NCBI GenBank assembly: GCA_965655095.1
Contig: OZ296648.1
Coordinates: 33,542,001-33,606,000 of the forward strand
Length of the DNA stretch: 64,000 nt
Source: Haplodiscus bocki
Lineage: Eukaryota
Direction: 5' to 3'
Shown here in pieces: positions 51,500 to 64,000 of the stretch. A model generated the notes under the pieces. That model saw only the letters and a program-made list of their open reading frames with translations. It was not told the origin of the DNA and searched no databases. The stretch's first letter is position 1; each line of letters opens with the position of its first letter. The translations under genes and the position numbers were made by a program.

Positions 51500-53400
51500 T
51501 TTTACACTTATATACAAGAAATGAATCCAGAAAAATCCATATTTTGCACAAAATCAACAAAATTCTTTAATGGGTTGTCTGGTGCATTTTGGCTACAGTC
51601 AGAGAGTACCGAATTTTTTCAATAGGTTTTCCTGCAAAAGAAAGTTGAAAATTTTTTTGGACATTCTTGATTTTTTGCCGTCTTTTTTAACAGGTTTTCA
51701 GCATATAAAGCCGGAATGGTCCTAAAGTCTCCATTGCTAAACCAAAATGTCCAGTCTTTTGTCTAATAACTTCTGGTTGGGATCAGAAATTTTTTTTTCG
51801 GCAACAGATTCTGATAACCAAGCAGTTTTTGATATTTTGCAACTTTTGCCATTTTTCTTTATTTTTAGGAAGTTGTTTTTAGGAAGTCTGAAAACTGCCA
51901 AGAATTTGAATTTTGGTAACAAAGATGATCCAATTTTTTAATTACAATTTTTAGGTCAAAAGTTTTTTCGAACTAATTTTAACGAAGAAACGTCCAGATC
52001 GGGATTTATTGGCGTCTTGAAAGCACTGATAATTTTTAGTTTTATATCCTGGAAACACGGGCTCAAACTTAAATTTCAGACTCTCCACTCTCCATGATTA
52101 TTGTTTTGACTCCTTCCATCCTGGCAATAATTGACAGTTTTTCATCTGTAGAAAGCTCTTTGAAATATACTTTTTTTGATTTTTGCCCAATCAACAGAAT
52201 TTTCATGATTTGGCCGGAACTGCCGAAAAGTGAGACTGTTACTGTTCTTTTGTCGATATTCAAACGCATAAATTTCCAAAGCTCTTCTGCGATATAACAC
52301 TGCTGGCCCAAGTGTAAGGCTTTTTCAAAATCATAAACCAAATATAATAGAAAATTATAAATTAAAGAGTCAAACAAGAAAATAATGGCTTGAATTCTTC
52401 CGACAAGATCTCAATCGACAACCTTTTAATTAATGAGAAACTCTCTGAAAACTATTTGTTGTATGTTCGATCAATCATTTCTACACCGTTTTGACGGAAA
52501 ACATCGCAGTGTGACCGCGCCTCTTAGTATGTACATACAATATTATTATATTCATAAATCTAGCAACATTTTCAATTCCAATTTTCTTAAAATGACTTTA
52601 GCATTCTTCTCGTTCAGGCCGGAATTCGTGGAAATTCTTTTAGCCTTCGTCGAAACAAATCTGCGATTTCCCAGGTAACCAAAGAGCCAAAGGCTATTGT
52701 TGAAAAGAACAATATTGCTTCCTATTCCCTTTAGTTAAGGCAGTCAACTGAAGTTAGTTTGGAAGGAAGATTTCTTAGGTTCCTTTAGGGTTTAATATCA
52801 AATTAGATGTTTGCTGAACGAGTACTGTCTGAATGGCAGACTTGCTGAAAAAACGAGTTTGACCAAATTTCCTTAATGCTGACCGTATTCCAGTTGTCAC
52901 ATTCCAACAGCCAGAAATCATCCAAAGTAAATGAAAAGTCATCATTTTTTTCATTTTGTCAAAATTTTACCCATTTGATGAGGGACCTTTGTTAATGAAT
53001 TTTGTTAGTTTTATTTCACACTTGAAAGTAATTAACTAACCTTTTCAATACGCTAATACCTCGGGGTCAAAGTCCAACATTTATGTCTGCGTGTTGCTCC
53101 AGAAGTTGCGGGTGGTCTTTTGTATTCCCCGTAGTAAACTAAATAAAGTTGTAGTATTTAGGAAACTCCAGTTCATAGTCTAAAATAAATCATACCAAAC
53201 GCAGTGCGCTTATCAAACGGAACTGAATGTAAAAAATTCCAAGCTTGATTGATGACTCTTAATCTGTTTACGCATCAAACTGACACCAATCTCTTTCAGT
53301 TAAAACTTTCTTCAGTAATGCACACTTGAAAGCGCTGAAGTAATTTGCGAGTAACTGAACAAATTTTTCAGCTGTGGGATATTATGAAAACAATCCGGGT
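51500..53400 (-). pseudogene. Probable decayed LRR-containing gene
   Basis: LRR-like RLRVINQAWNFLHSVPF (~53215-53265) and LPKFKFLAVFRLPKNNFLKI (~51860-51922), with many stops and frameshifts. Confidence 0.35.
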
Positions 53401-53811
53401 TTGCCACCCATCATGATGCATATTATTCCTAGAGAAACATGCATAAGGTACACAGGAAACAGGGATATCTTAGTACGAACCCAGGGGTATCTCTAAGACT
53501 AAGGGCAAAGATACCTTGCTGAGGTGCACCCTGGTGTTTGTAGAATTTTGAAAAGTAGCTTTAACAATCGCCAAACAAGAATCGCATCACTGAGGTGTTT
53601 TTCTACTCTCTTTTTAAATTGCTCCACTACTACTCCATTAAACGCATGTACCAGATCCACGAGACGGGGGAGCGGCGGAGCATCCACAAAAAAATTATAA
53701 CTCCGAATTAAAAAACAAGTCGAATAATTCGGAGGCGGTGGGGGTAAGTTGCGCTAAGAAACGCGGTTCTGTCTTGATTCTTCTTTTAAGGGGTGTCTCG
53801 TAGCTCTTGAC

Positions 53812-54816
53812 TGTTAGATAAAATGTTCTCCCATTGGAAACTATCTGAAAGTTAATTAAATCACACTAAGTAATACAATAATACATTCACAATGAATAAT
53901 AAATAACACTGACTAATATTTTTAATACTGAATAATACTTTATTACTGGATAATACCTTATGTAATATTATGTTCACAGAACCAATAAACAAATCATATC
54001 AAACGGGGTTAAAACAACAAGAAGAGTTCCCGAAAGAAGAATTGAAAGGTATTCAATCAACGAATGATTGAGAAAATAAAGCAGTTGTATTTCAAAAACT
54101 CGCCGCCTTTCTCTTACGTTCTTGGAGTGAAGCAAAACAGTCCCGGACTGCTATTTCTAACTAATCCATGGTTCAGCCACCGCTGGGGCACCAAGAGTTC
54201 TCTAACCCGCGTCTTACGGCGTTAAAGCAGAATATCTCAAAAGAATTTGGCGGAGTCCAACTACCCAATTCAGTCAAGACTACAAAACTATGATCCCGGA
54301 TCACAATTTACAGTTAAAAAGTCCCTGACTCTCTAAGAAGAGTTGATAAAATAAATCAGCAATCTTTAGTCCCAGACTCAAAGACTCACACTCCATTGGT
54401 TGACAGCATAGATGCAAACCGTTATCTAGATTTTGTTTCACTTTTTGCGTCTAGCACTTCACTTTTTCGTTCGTTTTCGGGCGTATTTTCATCTAGTTAA
54501 TCATTTTAGTCATTCGTTTCACTCGTTTCCAATATTATCACTATTTGTTCTTTTCGTCATCTATTACTAATGAAAAATTCCATTTTCCAGCCATTTTTTT
54601 GGCTTTCAGTACCTTTCAATTATTTTCGGCTTTACTGTTAGTCAGCCGGGTATTCGTATCCAATCTTTTCTAAAGTGACTTATCGATAATTCGTTGGTTA
54701 TTTCGTTTATCTCACTTCGGTACAATATTCATCAGTTTTAGTACCACTCGTTGTTTATTTTATTTGATTACATCAGATTTCATTGGTTGATTTTGGTGAT
54801 GTCCACTGGCGAAACA
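53812..54816 (-). mobile_element. LTR-like segment
   Basis: TGT...ACA termini on the minus strand, with AATAAA and a T-rich U5-like tract near 53900-53990. No TSD found. Confidence 0.3.
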
Positions 54817-57178
54817 AGAGTGTTGAAAATGATTAGGAAATTTCCACTTCGTTTCCATTCGTCTACGTGACCATTTTGATTAACAAGCTCTTTCGGTTGA
54901 TTTGTCAGCTATTTTTTTCCCAGCGCGTGACCAAGTGCTTCCAAAATAGGTGTTCAGAACATCTCCCCTAACCCTTTCCATCATAATGTCCATGCAAAAA
55001 TAAATGTCCGAAAGAAGGTGTAATTTTTGAGTAAAATTCAATAATTAATTCTGTCTCAGTTAAGCGTCATAAAAATAAAATGAGCACGTCGTCACACAGT
55101 AATTTAAACGTAATTTTTGGCAATGCAGACTCTGCTGTAGTTATTTACAATATTTGTGGTGAAAAAACGCGACTTTTTGGAAGTAGTCAAAATTACCTAT
55201 CCAAAAACTCGATTTTTGGTCAGTTTGAGGTCATTTTTCTCAAGGTATAAAATTTTCCCAGAGCAGGGGTGGTTATTTCCTGTTAGTATTTTTAAAGGGA
55301 AGTATGTTAACGAAAAAATGAGCTCTCTATTTTGTCTCAAAAAAAGCTGTTCTTTTTTCCGCAAAAGTACCGATTTTGGCAAATTCCGACTATCTAGGTC
55401 CACCTTCAAAGCCAATTCTCTCAACGTACAGGCAAAGTTTCGAAACATTTTTGGTCAGTTTCCTGGGGCAGGTTGCTAGAAACATTGTGTTGAAGTTTGA
55501 GCTTTTTATCTTTTCTGGCCTGCGGGGGGTAGCCATTTTGCAAGTCGACATTTTCCAAAAACCGTGATTATAGAAAGTTAAAATTTTGTGGGGCGGCCAT
55601 TTGTAGCTTGCTATGCTTGTTCTATTGATTTTTTCCATTCCTCCTAATGAACAACTTTTGATTGCGAGTAATCCAGTTGATTTCTATTGGCTATTCGTTA
55701 ACTAATAGGCAAAAAACTGCAATTTTTGACAATTTTAGGCTACTTTGGGTGTTTTTTGGCCATTTCTTCCTCAGTTCTCCAAAATGATTGAACATAAAAA
55801 ATTCATTTTTTGAGGGATATTAGTCCATTCAGGTATTTTCCGTTTAAGGCTATTCCGAGGTTTTTTTTTGATGCGTGGTTCGCTCAAAATGTTTTTTAAC
55901 TGAACTCAATTCATCAATTTCGGCAGTACACTTTTCGTTTGCAACAGTTTTTCAATATCCTAATTTCGTCCGATTTCGTTCAAATTCCAAACTTGAGTTT
56001 TTCTATGAACGTAATTTACAGTGGTGAAAACTGTTTGTCGATATCTTTTTTCATCTTCGAGAAAAAACAAAGCAAACCTTGGGGAACATTTAAAAAAGGC
56101 TCTAGTTTTGAGCAGCGAGAGCGTAAATATGCTAATACGTGGGCTGGTGGCGGCCGTCCGCGTGGTCAAGGATCACTCCAAAAGCATTTTTATTGTATTC
56201 CTTTTGTATTTATAATAATTTGTTTTCATTCCGTTTTCACTTTTATGGGCTTCTAAATTTGCAACTGAACTGTGAATTCGCAATTTTACCATTTTCCGGA
56301 CCGTAATAATTTTCGTTTTAATTCTATGACAACTTTTAATTTTTAGAATGCGGTAAAAATCATTCAACTTGTTTGTCTTGAAATTTAGTTTTCATTGATT
56401 AAAACCGTTTGGCTCTATCTATAAGAGTCTTCGAGAAAAGGGACGTTAAAGTTCGGGTTCGAATTACACCGAATTATAAATTTCATGCTGCTGCAGCTGT
56501 TTACTCGCGTAGAGCGTCTTCATGGCCTCTCTTTTCAATAAAATCCGCGTTTATATCTTATGGTTTATCGAGTACCTTTCAAGTTAAGTAATATTGGTTG
56601 ACAATTAAAATTTAATAAAGATTTGTTGCAAAAAAAACGATAGCACAAATCTCACAGTATTCTATAAATTATCCCTGGGTCCTCAAGCCGTAGAAGTTAT
56701 CAATAGTAGTTCACAATGTGTCATTGTACCTACACTTTTCATATTCCTCTAATATTCTGATAATTTACGCATTTCAGCGAAAAATCAATCATAATCCTCC
56801 GCATGATACTTCTTTGGTGAAAATTAATATTTCTTAAAAAATAAATTTGTGAAAAAAACTTTCCAAAAGTATCACAAATCACAAATTTTCTTCAATTTTA
56901 TCTGTAATAGCCTATATTGTGTGAAAACACAAACGAAATGGGACAAAAACTATTCATCTTGTTTTTTTTGGGTTAAAATATTTTTGTCGTTCCCTGGAAA
57001 TGCTTTGCCCAGAATTAACTATTCGAGTCTCACTAAAATTCTGTAGTGACAAGTAAAACTTTATAAAGAAAAGAATATGTCACAGCATTTTTGGGCTCTT
57101 GATTTAAGTAAAGCTTTGATTTAAAAAGTATTGCACCTTACTGAATAAACATTATAACTTTGAAACTTTGTTACAGGA

Positions 57179-57574
57179 ATGCGAACAACGGGAACTTTAT
57201 TTTGCTACGTTTTGCACTTTCTAACATCCATTTGTTATTCCTGGCAGTTTGCGGAGAGTGAGAGATCTTTCCAACCTCCTGAATGGGTGAATGCTAGAGC
57301 AATGTTCGGATCCGATTTCGACTATCGAGGAATCGAGCGATCTATGAAGTTCATCAGCCCTGCCACACTCAGACTACTTCGCCGATACAACTGCCCGCTG
57401 AAGAACTATATCAACGAAGTGTACATAGAGTCAACGGTGCAGGACTCCATGATAATTGGGGTGGACTGCAACTCCCATGAATATTGGTTGCTCTACAACG
57501 GGGTCATTTCAGGTCATATAACCCTAGACGAAATATTCAAGTACAACCCTTTGAACGAATATGACCTTATATGA
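57179..57574 (+). CDS. Small putative secreted protein (131 aa), unknown family
   Basis: ATG 2 nt after a strong acceptor tttgttacag (57167-57176). Hydrophobic signal-like N-terminus, GC-richer than the flanks, and AATAAA at 57652-57657. Confidence 0.6.
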   Translation: MRTTGTLFCYVLHFLTSICYSWQFAESERSFQPPEWVNARAMFGSDFDYRGIERSMKFISPATLRLLRRYNCPLKNYINEVYIESTVQDSMIIGVDCNSHEYWLLYNGVISGHITLDEIFKYNPLNEYDLI

Positions 57575-58019
57575 GATGCTGTAAAGCTCATGACGTGTAT
57601 TGCAGTAGATTGCGTGTATAAAATCTTGTCTTTTGTATGAGTTCTCGAAAGAATAAACATGTCCAAATTGAATGATAGTTTCGGAGAAGAACAAGTGATT
57701 TAAACTCCAAACAAAAACTTTCCGACCCAAATGCATTGGAAAGCTTATGGCCAGAAATCTTGGATTTTTAAATTTTACATTTTGGATGAAAAATTCGAAG
57801 TCGCACTTTCAATACTTTTCTGACATGCTGGAAATTCAAAAGAGCAACCGACAATTAAAAAGGCAGGAAACGTCAGACCCACGGACCCCTTTTTTCGAGC
57901 AACACTCTGGCAGAAGATCAGAGAATATCTCGTGAGACAAAAAATCAAACTTTAATCCTTTTTGTTGTTAATACGGAATTGTTCTTTGGGAAAACCACTT
58001 TTTAGCATCAGAGTAAACC

Positions 58020-58260
58020 TCACCCATATCAGGATCTGGAATAACGCAATTTTACATCGCAGTTTTAAAATTCCCGGAGGACGTACGCTAAGCTTGAGTA
58101 CTATGAGATGCAATTACTCCACATAAATTACTACCCCTCCTCTCCTGAGCCTAGCACGGAAATCCGGACATCAAAATTGCGAATGGTTTGAGCTGAGCAG
58201 GATTTTCCGTGGTCCGGTACCGAATCATTTGTCGTCCGACGTTGTGAAGATGAAGCCCAG
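58020..58260 (-). repeat. Dispersed repeat family B, copy 2 (inverted)
   Basis: Reverse complement reads caacgtcggacgacaaatgattcggtaccggaccacggaaaatcctgct. Confidence 0.8.
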
Positions 58261-59099
58261 GATAAGTTTCCATTACAAAAGCACGAATGCAAAAATAAAC
58301 ATTTTCGCACAGAAATGATCTCGGGTTGAACTCCATACACGGATTTGCGTGATAATTTTGAACGCTGCATAAATGCATAAACCCAAAATAGTTTATAAAA
58401 CATAGAAAGTTCAGACAATCAACTTACACGTTTTTTTTAAAACTTTCACTGCAATTTCAAAAGATGGTTTGTATTTTCACACTGCATAGAGAAGATATTC
58501 GTATTGTCACAGCACGCAGAGAATATAGAAAATATCTCGCAGTTCTATTGGGTCCATTACTATAACTTCAGAGTTGTCAATACTTGTCATTTCGAAGCTG
58601 AAATTTTGACATTTTGAGCTGAAAACGGCAGTTAAATAGGAAACTTGTCTGCTGCAAGCAAAAAGAAGTGAAATAATTTCAGCTTTCAGCCGCCTCTTAA
58701 AACTTGGAAAATGTTCATTTAGAAAACCGCACCACTTTTCAACAAAAAAACTTGGAGAATATCAATGATGCATTCAAAAGTTAGACATATAAAGTCTCAT
58801 ATGAGTATATAAAATCATTCTTGAAGTGTTTTGGTGGCATATAAAACCATAAGAAATCAACCCCGACTAAAAGGCACACTTGGATAATAATCGATTGGCG
58901 TAGATAATTCATTATTAAAATAGATTGCTATCGATGGACCATCGATGTCTCTCGAATAGTTTTTCGAATGTATTGTAATTGACTTTAGACAATCAACGAT
59001 TTACATTGGTAGAAAATTAAACTGTGACTCAAAAAATTGAAATCATGAGAGATTATTGAAAAATGTTGAAAGATCGTTTCCTGCCGTGAAACTTCACTT

Positions 59100-59500
59100 C
59101 TTTTTTACAAGGTTGCCTTAGTGAGTCGGGTAGCATTAAAAAAGCGAGGCGTTTCAAAGCAACTCTTCTTTCAGCCGCTTTATAGGCAGAGTTTTTTGAG
59201 TTTGGCTATTCTGCTTTTTCCAACACTTTATACGAAGACTTCGCTCCATTATCATATTTGAGTTCAGATTATTTCAAGCCGCACCCCGCTGCTAATGGTG
59301 ACATTTGAATGAAAAGTCGTGAAATGCGAGTTTTAAAAATATCTGAAGATTTTCAAGATCTAGTTACACATTTTTAAAAATTAGAAACTGTAAAAAAACT
59401 GTTCTTTTTAATTGAGGGCTTGAAAGTTTATGGGTACAGTCGGAACTAAATGACAATCCCGTAAAATTTAGGCGTGCTCTTTTAAATTTGCTTCTATCAC
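59100..59500 (+). mobile_element. Possible highly decayed P-element/THAP9-like transposase fragment with ATCGAT-rich flanks
   Basis: ELNDNPVKFRRALLNLLL (59443-59496) resembles the C-terminal NDNPTxxQFxxAxRxLL motif. ATCGAT-rich blocks at ~58885-58950 and ~59680-59860. Confidence 0.25.
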
Positions 59501-61149
59501 GTTTCCCAAATTTTGTAGATGTTGAACATTTCAAAAAAGGACCAGCTCAACCGACGAGTTGATAACTGGAAATTTGGAATAGTGTAAATTGTGGGTAGTC
59601 GGTGACAATACGAACTTCTAGGTAGCTTTTTTCATTGGGATAATGAATTTCTGAGATCTCAGAGTCCATTTTTACAGATATAATCAATCGATTTCCATCG
59701 TTTTTTGTGGATGGCCCATCCATCAAGTAGAATGGTCAAAATTGTAATAATTGTCGATGGAGAATCGTGGATCCGTCGATTGATTGTTCATCGATGGAAA
59801 TTGATGGATAGTTAATAGTCCATCAATCGAAATCGATTATAGGTCAACACGCGATCGATTTTGATTTTCGACTTTACTTTTGGTATCATTACATCTGTTT
59901 TTTTCTTGCACCATGTAATATCAACCATGTTTCATCCATGATTCATAAAGATCATGCCATGATGATGAACTAACTCTCCACGAATCATGAATCGTTATCC
60001 ATTAGTGGTGAGCATGGCATCAAATATTTTCACGTTTAGTGGTTTTTCATATGCTAAAAGAATTTGTAGATAACGAATATTGCAAAACCTATTATCAACA
60101 AAGTATGGATTGTGATGTTTGAACTATTCACGCCATGTTCTTAGAACTAAATTTTCAATCACGCGTTAATGGCTCTGGTATATTGAACCTCACGTAATGA
60201 GGGGTATATCCCTAACGTCCTGTTTCGAAAACAACACGGATTAGAAACAACAAAAGAAGAAAAGATAAAGAAATTTCCAGCAAAGAAGTCTTCTTGGCCT
60301 AAAGACTCTAAACAATGAGCCATGTCAAAAACTAGTCAACTAATCCTGTTCTTGGAGTCCCAAACATTGGAAAAAAGATTGTATAAAAAACAAACATTAA
60401 TCAATACACGTGTCTTTAATGTAAGCGGCTTCTCTTTGCATTCATTTTCATAGCTAGAGCTGTATATCCTTTTTAGGAATGGAAAAGCAGCTTGAATCAA
60501 TAATAGACAGATTGAACGCCTTGTCAATGACATTTTTGATCTGAATGATGGAAATGTTTGTCATTTTGTCACAAATGTTGTTTACCACATTCCATAGACA
60601 CGGACACTCCCTCATGAGGGGCGTTGCTGTTATCTACGTCGTCGAAGCCTGTCACAAAATGTAACCTTTCCCGGTGAAGCGTTGAGAAAATTCAAAGCAG
60701 TAACCATGCACCATTTTTTGAGAAAACTCTTGCCTCCACTCCCTGGTGTTGTACAGACCTCAAGTAACGCTCTGCTTCTAGCGATAATTATACATATGGC
60801 ATGTGCTTGTTTGCGATAAGGCTTTGAAAAATTGTATGCGTGGTGGAAACTGGTGAGAAGATGTTGGCTATGCAAAATCTATTGAAAAATTTCAATGAAA
60901 CCGCCCTATAGAGTGTTGGGTGTCGGCCTACACCTAAAAACTACCAGGGTTGGAGTGCAGTCTGAAAACGCTGAAAAGCATAAAATTTTTGATATATCTG
61001 GAACTTCGACACGAGCAAACTTCAAAAACTACCCAGTAACCGTAGTTCTTTGAAAAGAAAGTCCATAATTTGATAGTGAAAAAAGTAAAAATGGGTTAAC
61101 CACACGTCAATTAAACCTGTGAATTTTGTGTGCCTTATTTGACAGAGAA

Positions 61150-61300
61150 TTTATTTCCTGCAAGATCTTGCAAGATTCTCACAAAAAGTTCAATTCTTGC
61201 AAGATTCTTGAGCGCAATTACATTCCTTTTTTTGCAAGATTTTTGCAAGACTTTTGCAAGAAACTGTGCTTTATCACAAGAATTTTGCGAGAAATGCATT
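61150..61300. repeat. TTGCAAGA-rich repeat (second copy ~62870-63030)
   Basis: Multiple (c/t)ttgcaaga motifs at both sites. Confidence 0.7.
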
Positions 61301-61554
61301 TGTTTTCTCTGAAGATAATCTGATTTGTTGGGAACAACTGAAAATGATTCTGAACTATCGATTCACGGAGATCGGTTCACATTTTGAGAATTGGAAATTT
61401 TTGTACCGTGTCAATTATGTTGATCCAATACCGTGCTGGATGATTAATTTCAGTCGTAATATATTACAAAAGGAAAATCGTTCCCTCAGAATGTAGACTT
61501 TTTTCTCCGTGACTTGCCTATTCCGAGTGAACATGTTCACGGTTTTCATAAAAT

Positions 61555-61860
61555 CCCAAAATGTTCCTATGGGTGCATTGAATGCAATTTCGACAATTCT
61601 GCCGGAAATTCTTCGCCAAAAGCTTGAAAGTTTTCGCTGAAAATTTGAAAAAAATAGGCATTTTTTTCAATTGAAAAATTCCTCGAATTGTTCCCCTGGG
61701 CTTTTAGAAAGCAGTTTTGACAACGGTAGCCCAATTTTTCGCCCAAGGTCTCAATAATTTTTGCCAAAAGTCCGAAAAAGTTGGAAATTACAGAATTGCT
61801 TTGACCTTTTTTTCCTCAAAATGTTCCTCGGGACTCGTACAATGCTGTTTTGACAACCCT
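61555..61860 (+). repeat. Degenerate ~125-bp-period tandem repeat (3 units)
   Basis: Units start near 61556, 61682 and 61815 with tgttcc..ggg...tttgacaac. Confidence 0.65.
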
Positions 61861-62439
61861 AATAAAAACTGCATATCGGAATTTTTCCTTAAACTCAGTT
61901 AATACAATCGGAAAGTGGGATAGTTAGGATAACCTAATAGAAACTAAAATGAAAACTCAAAGAAAACAAAAGTTTTGAGGGAAGTAGAAGCGAAAAAAAT
62001 TTCATGAAAGTTTATAGCAGGTATCACTATGCTCTTACTTTTGAAATCCATTTGAATCAGTTAAATTTTTTTGTCCCCTCCCTCATTTTTATCCTTTTCA
62101 CTAAACTTTCAACTCTAGCAAAGATAATATGCTAACCATGAATGTCAACAAAGAATAAGATTTCGAAGATTCGAGCTGCATCGTTTTTCCGTACCTTCCA
62201 CACTTTTTGCGGAAACGCTTCGTTATCAAAGGGTCTGGTGAAGCCGAAACATTTTTTGGCAAAACCTAGTTTTCATTTTGAAAGCTCGATCCCTTTGGAC
62301 TGAATGGTTATCATATGGACAAAAGTTTTCTCGCCGGCACAAAACAAAGTTCTGACAACTTTTCCTTGGGTAGTGTTGAAATTAGAAAAAATTTGGCGTC
62401 TTGAATCTTCTAAAATAGAAGGTTTCGCTAACTACTATC

Positions 62440-62860
62440 GTCAAAATTGATCAACATTTTCTCTGTCGAAGTTTAAGAAAGAGCCAAAAGGATTGAATTG
62501 GAGGGGCGAAAAAGTGAAACAAAAACTATTGGTTTCCGTAAGCAAAAATGTCCAGATACTCGCATTGAAATTGTTTGATTGCAAGGAGATGCGTTTCAAT
62601 TTCTTTCGTACAATTGACAGTGTGAGGATGTAATCCCCGGGCTCATCAACAGGCTCCACAAGGGCAAAAAACGTCGCAGTTTGTTCAATTTTCAGGAGCC
62701 AGACAACTGGATGAAGTTGAACCTCAGAGCAACATAGATTAGGTAACAGGTTTTTATTTTCCTATTTTTTTAATGTAATTGGTTTTTTCAAAGATTCAAT
62801 TGTTTTATTCAAAGATATTTCAGCTCTTCGATACTTTTTGGCGATGGAAAAGTATTGAGA
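62440..62860 (-). pseudogene. Probable decayed LRR gene fragment
   Basis: KQLNL*KTNYIKKI, LIYVALRFNFI and LKRISLQSNNFN in succession on the minus strand. Confidence 0.35.
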
Positions 62861-63720
62861 GTTCAAAGCAATCCTTGCAAGAATATTTTAAGCTACATAA
62901 AACTATTGAAAAAAACTTGTGAAATTAAAACGATTCTTACAAGATTTTGTAAGTTTTTTGCAAGAATAATGCATTATTTTGCAAGAACTTGCAAAATATC
63001 TCGAAAAAATGTTGCAAGATTTTCATTTTTTCCTAACTTAGGTGCCAAACCGATTTTGTCAAACAAAACGATATTTAAAGAACCTAGAAAAACAACATTT
63101 TGGGCAAAGGTACTCAATTTTCAGATAGGCCACCTCACAAGTTTTTGAAGGAACCTTTGTTTTCTTGCCTGTAATAAATAGTTTTAGCTACGAGAATTGT
63201 TTCACGATCTATGGATGAAGGATTTGCTGTTGCGAAGCATTATATTTGTCGCAGTATACTTGCGAAGCATGCGGATTAGAGCTGCAGAAGAAAAGAACAT
63301 TCCCGGACCCTCAAAGGAATTGATGAACTGTAAATAATACACAATAAACTCATCTTCCATGTTTCTTGTAAATTTAATTTTACTGATCCGTATCATATAC
63401 TGATCACCCTAGTGAACTGATCCGGACTAATAGGGAACCGTTACAGAACAAACGGACATCCACAGAGCTTTTCATTCTAAAAGGTCCTATATTTGTAATA
63501 ACTTCTTCATTTTAATTGTTTTTTATCCACTTTTTGAGTGTGATTAGCTTGGCTTACTGTGCTAAAGTGCTAACAAATCGACTCCCGGAGTGAATATTTG
63601 TTCCGTACGCTTTCCATCGCTACTAGTCTGGTGACGTCACAATCATTCTTATAGCTATGCTGTGCTGCAGTGCTATGGTGAATACGGAGTGACTCCGTAT
63701 TCACTCCTAATTTGAGCACG

Positions 63721-63846
63721 GCTGACTGAATTGAAACTAGTACTACTAGTGGCTACGGAGATGTTCCGGATACCACTAGTAGCGCTGACTGAATTGAAGC
63801 TAGTACTACTAGTGGCTACGGAGCTGTTCCGGATACCACTAGTAGC
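63721..63846 (+). repeat. 63-bp tandem duplication, each unit containing a hairpin
   Basis: Two copies with 2 mismatches. Each contains the inverted repeat ctactagtgg...ccactagtag. Confidence 0.9.
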
Positions 63847-64000
63847 TACGAGTCGGAACGAGGAGTAAACTAGTAGTGATACTAGTTTCTCCTCATTTCC
63901 AAAAGACTAAATGACTAAATAATCAAGTGATGATGAAATGAACATGGAAATGATGACTTATTGTACTTTTGGCCTGAAGTCATGAATCTTGTATTTTATT

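Noticed and set aside
60630-60875. P-loop-like PGSGGKSFL (PIF1/Helitron helicase?)
   Set aside because: Imperfect Walker A spacing and no other helicase motifs nearby.

Overview
AT-rich, repeat-dense animal (invertebrate-like) genomic DNA with spliceosomal introns and three N-gaps. The species cannot be determined from the sequence. One clear host gene is present: a 5-exon minus-strand abLIM/UNC-115 gene (4 LIM domains plus villin headpiece, 912 aa, all splice phases consistent, 13971-25743). There is also a likely orphan secreted 131-aa protein gene (57179-57574). The most notable element is a young, near-intact CR1/L2-group LINE (~7055-10822). Its ORF1 starts with a Tudor/chromo-barrel-like domain. 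ORF1 is in the same frame as an ATG-less endonuclease/RT ORF2, separated by a single TGA in the readthrough context TGA-CTA. This suggests a readthrough fusion that could couple a chromatin reader to the retrotransposition machinery (inference). The rest is decayed Gypsy, Tc1 and possibly P-like remnants, MITEs, tRNA-Arg-derived tandem repeats, dispersed repeats and several probable decayed LRR gene fragments. All calls are by eye; no searches were run.
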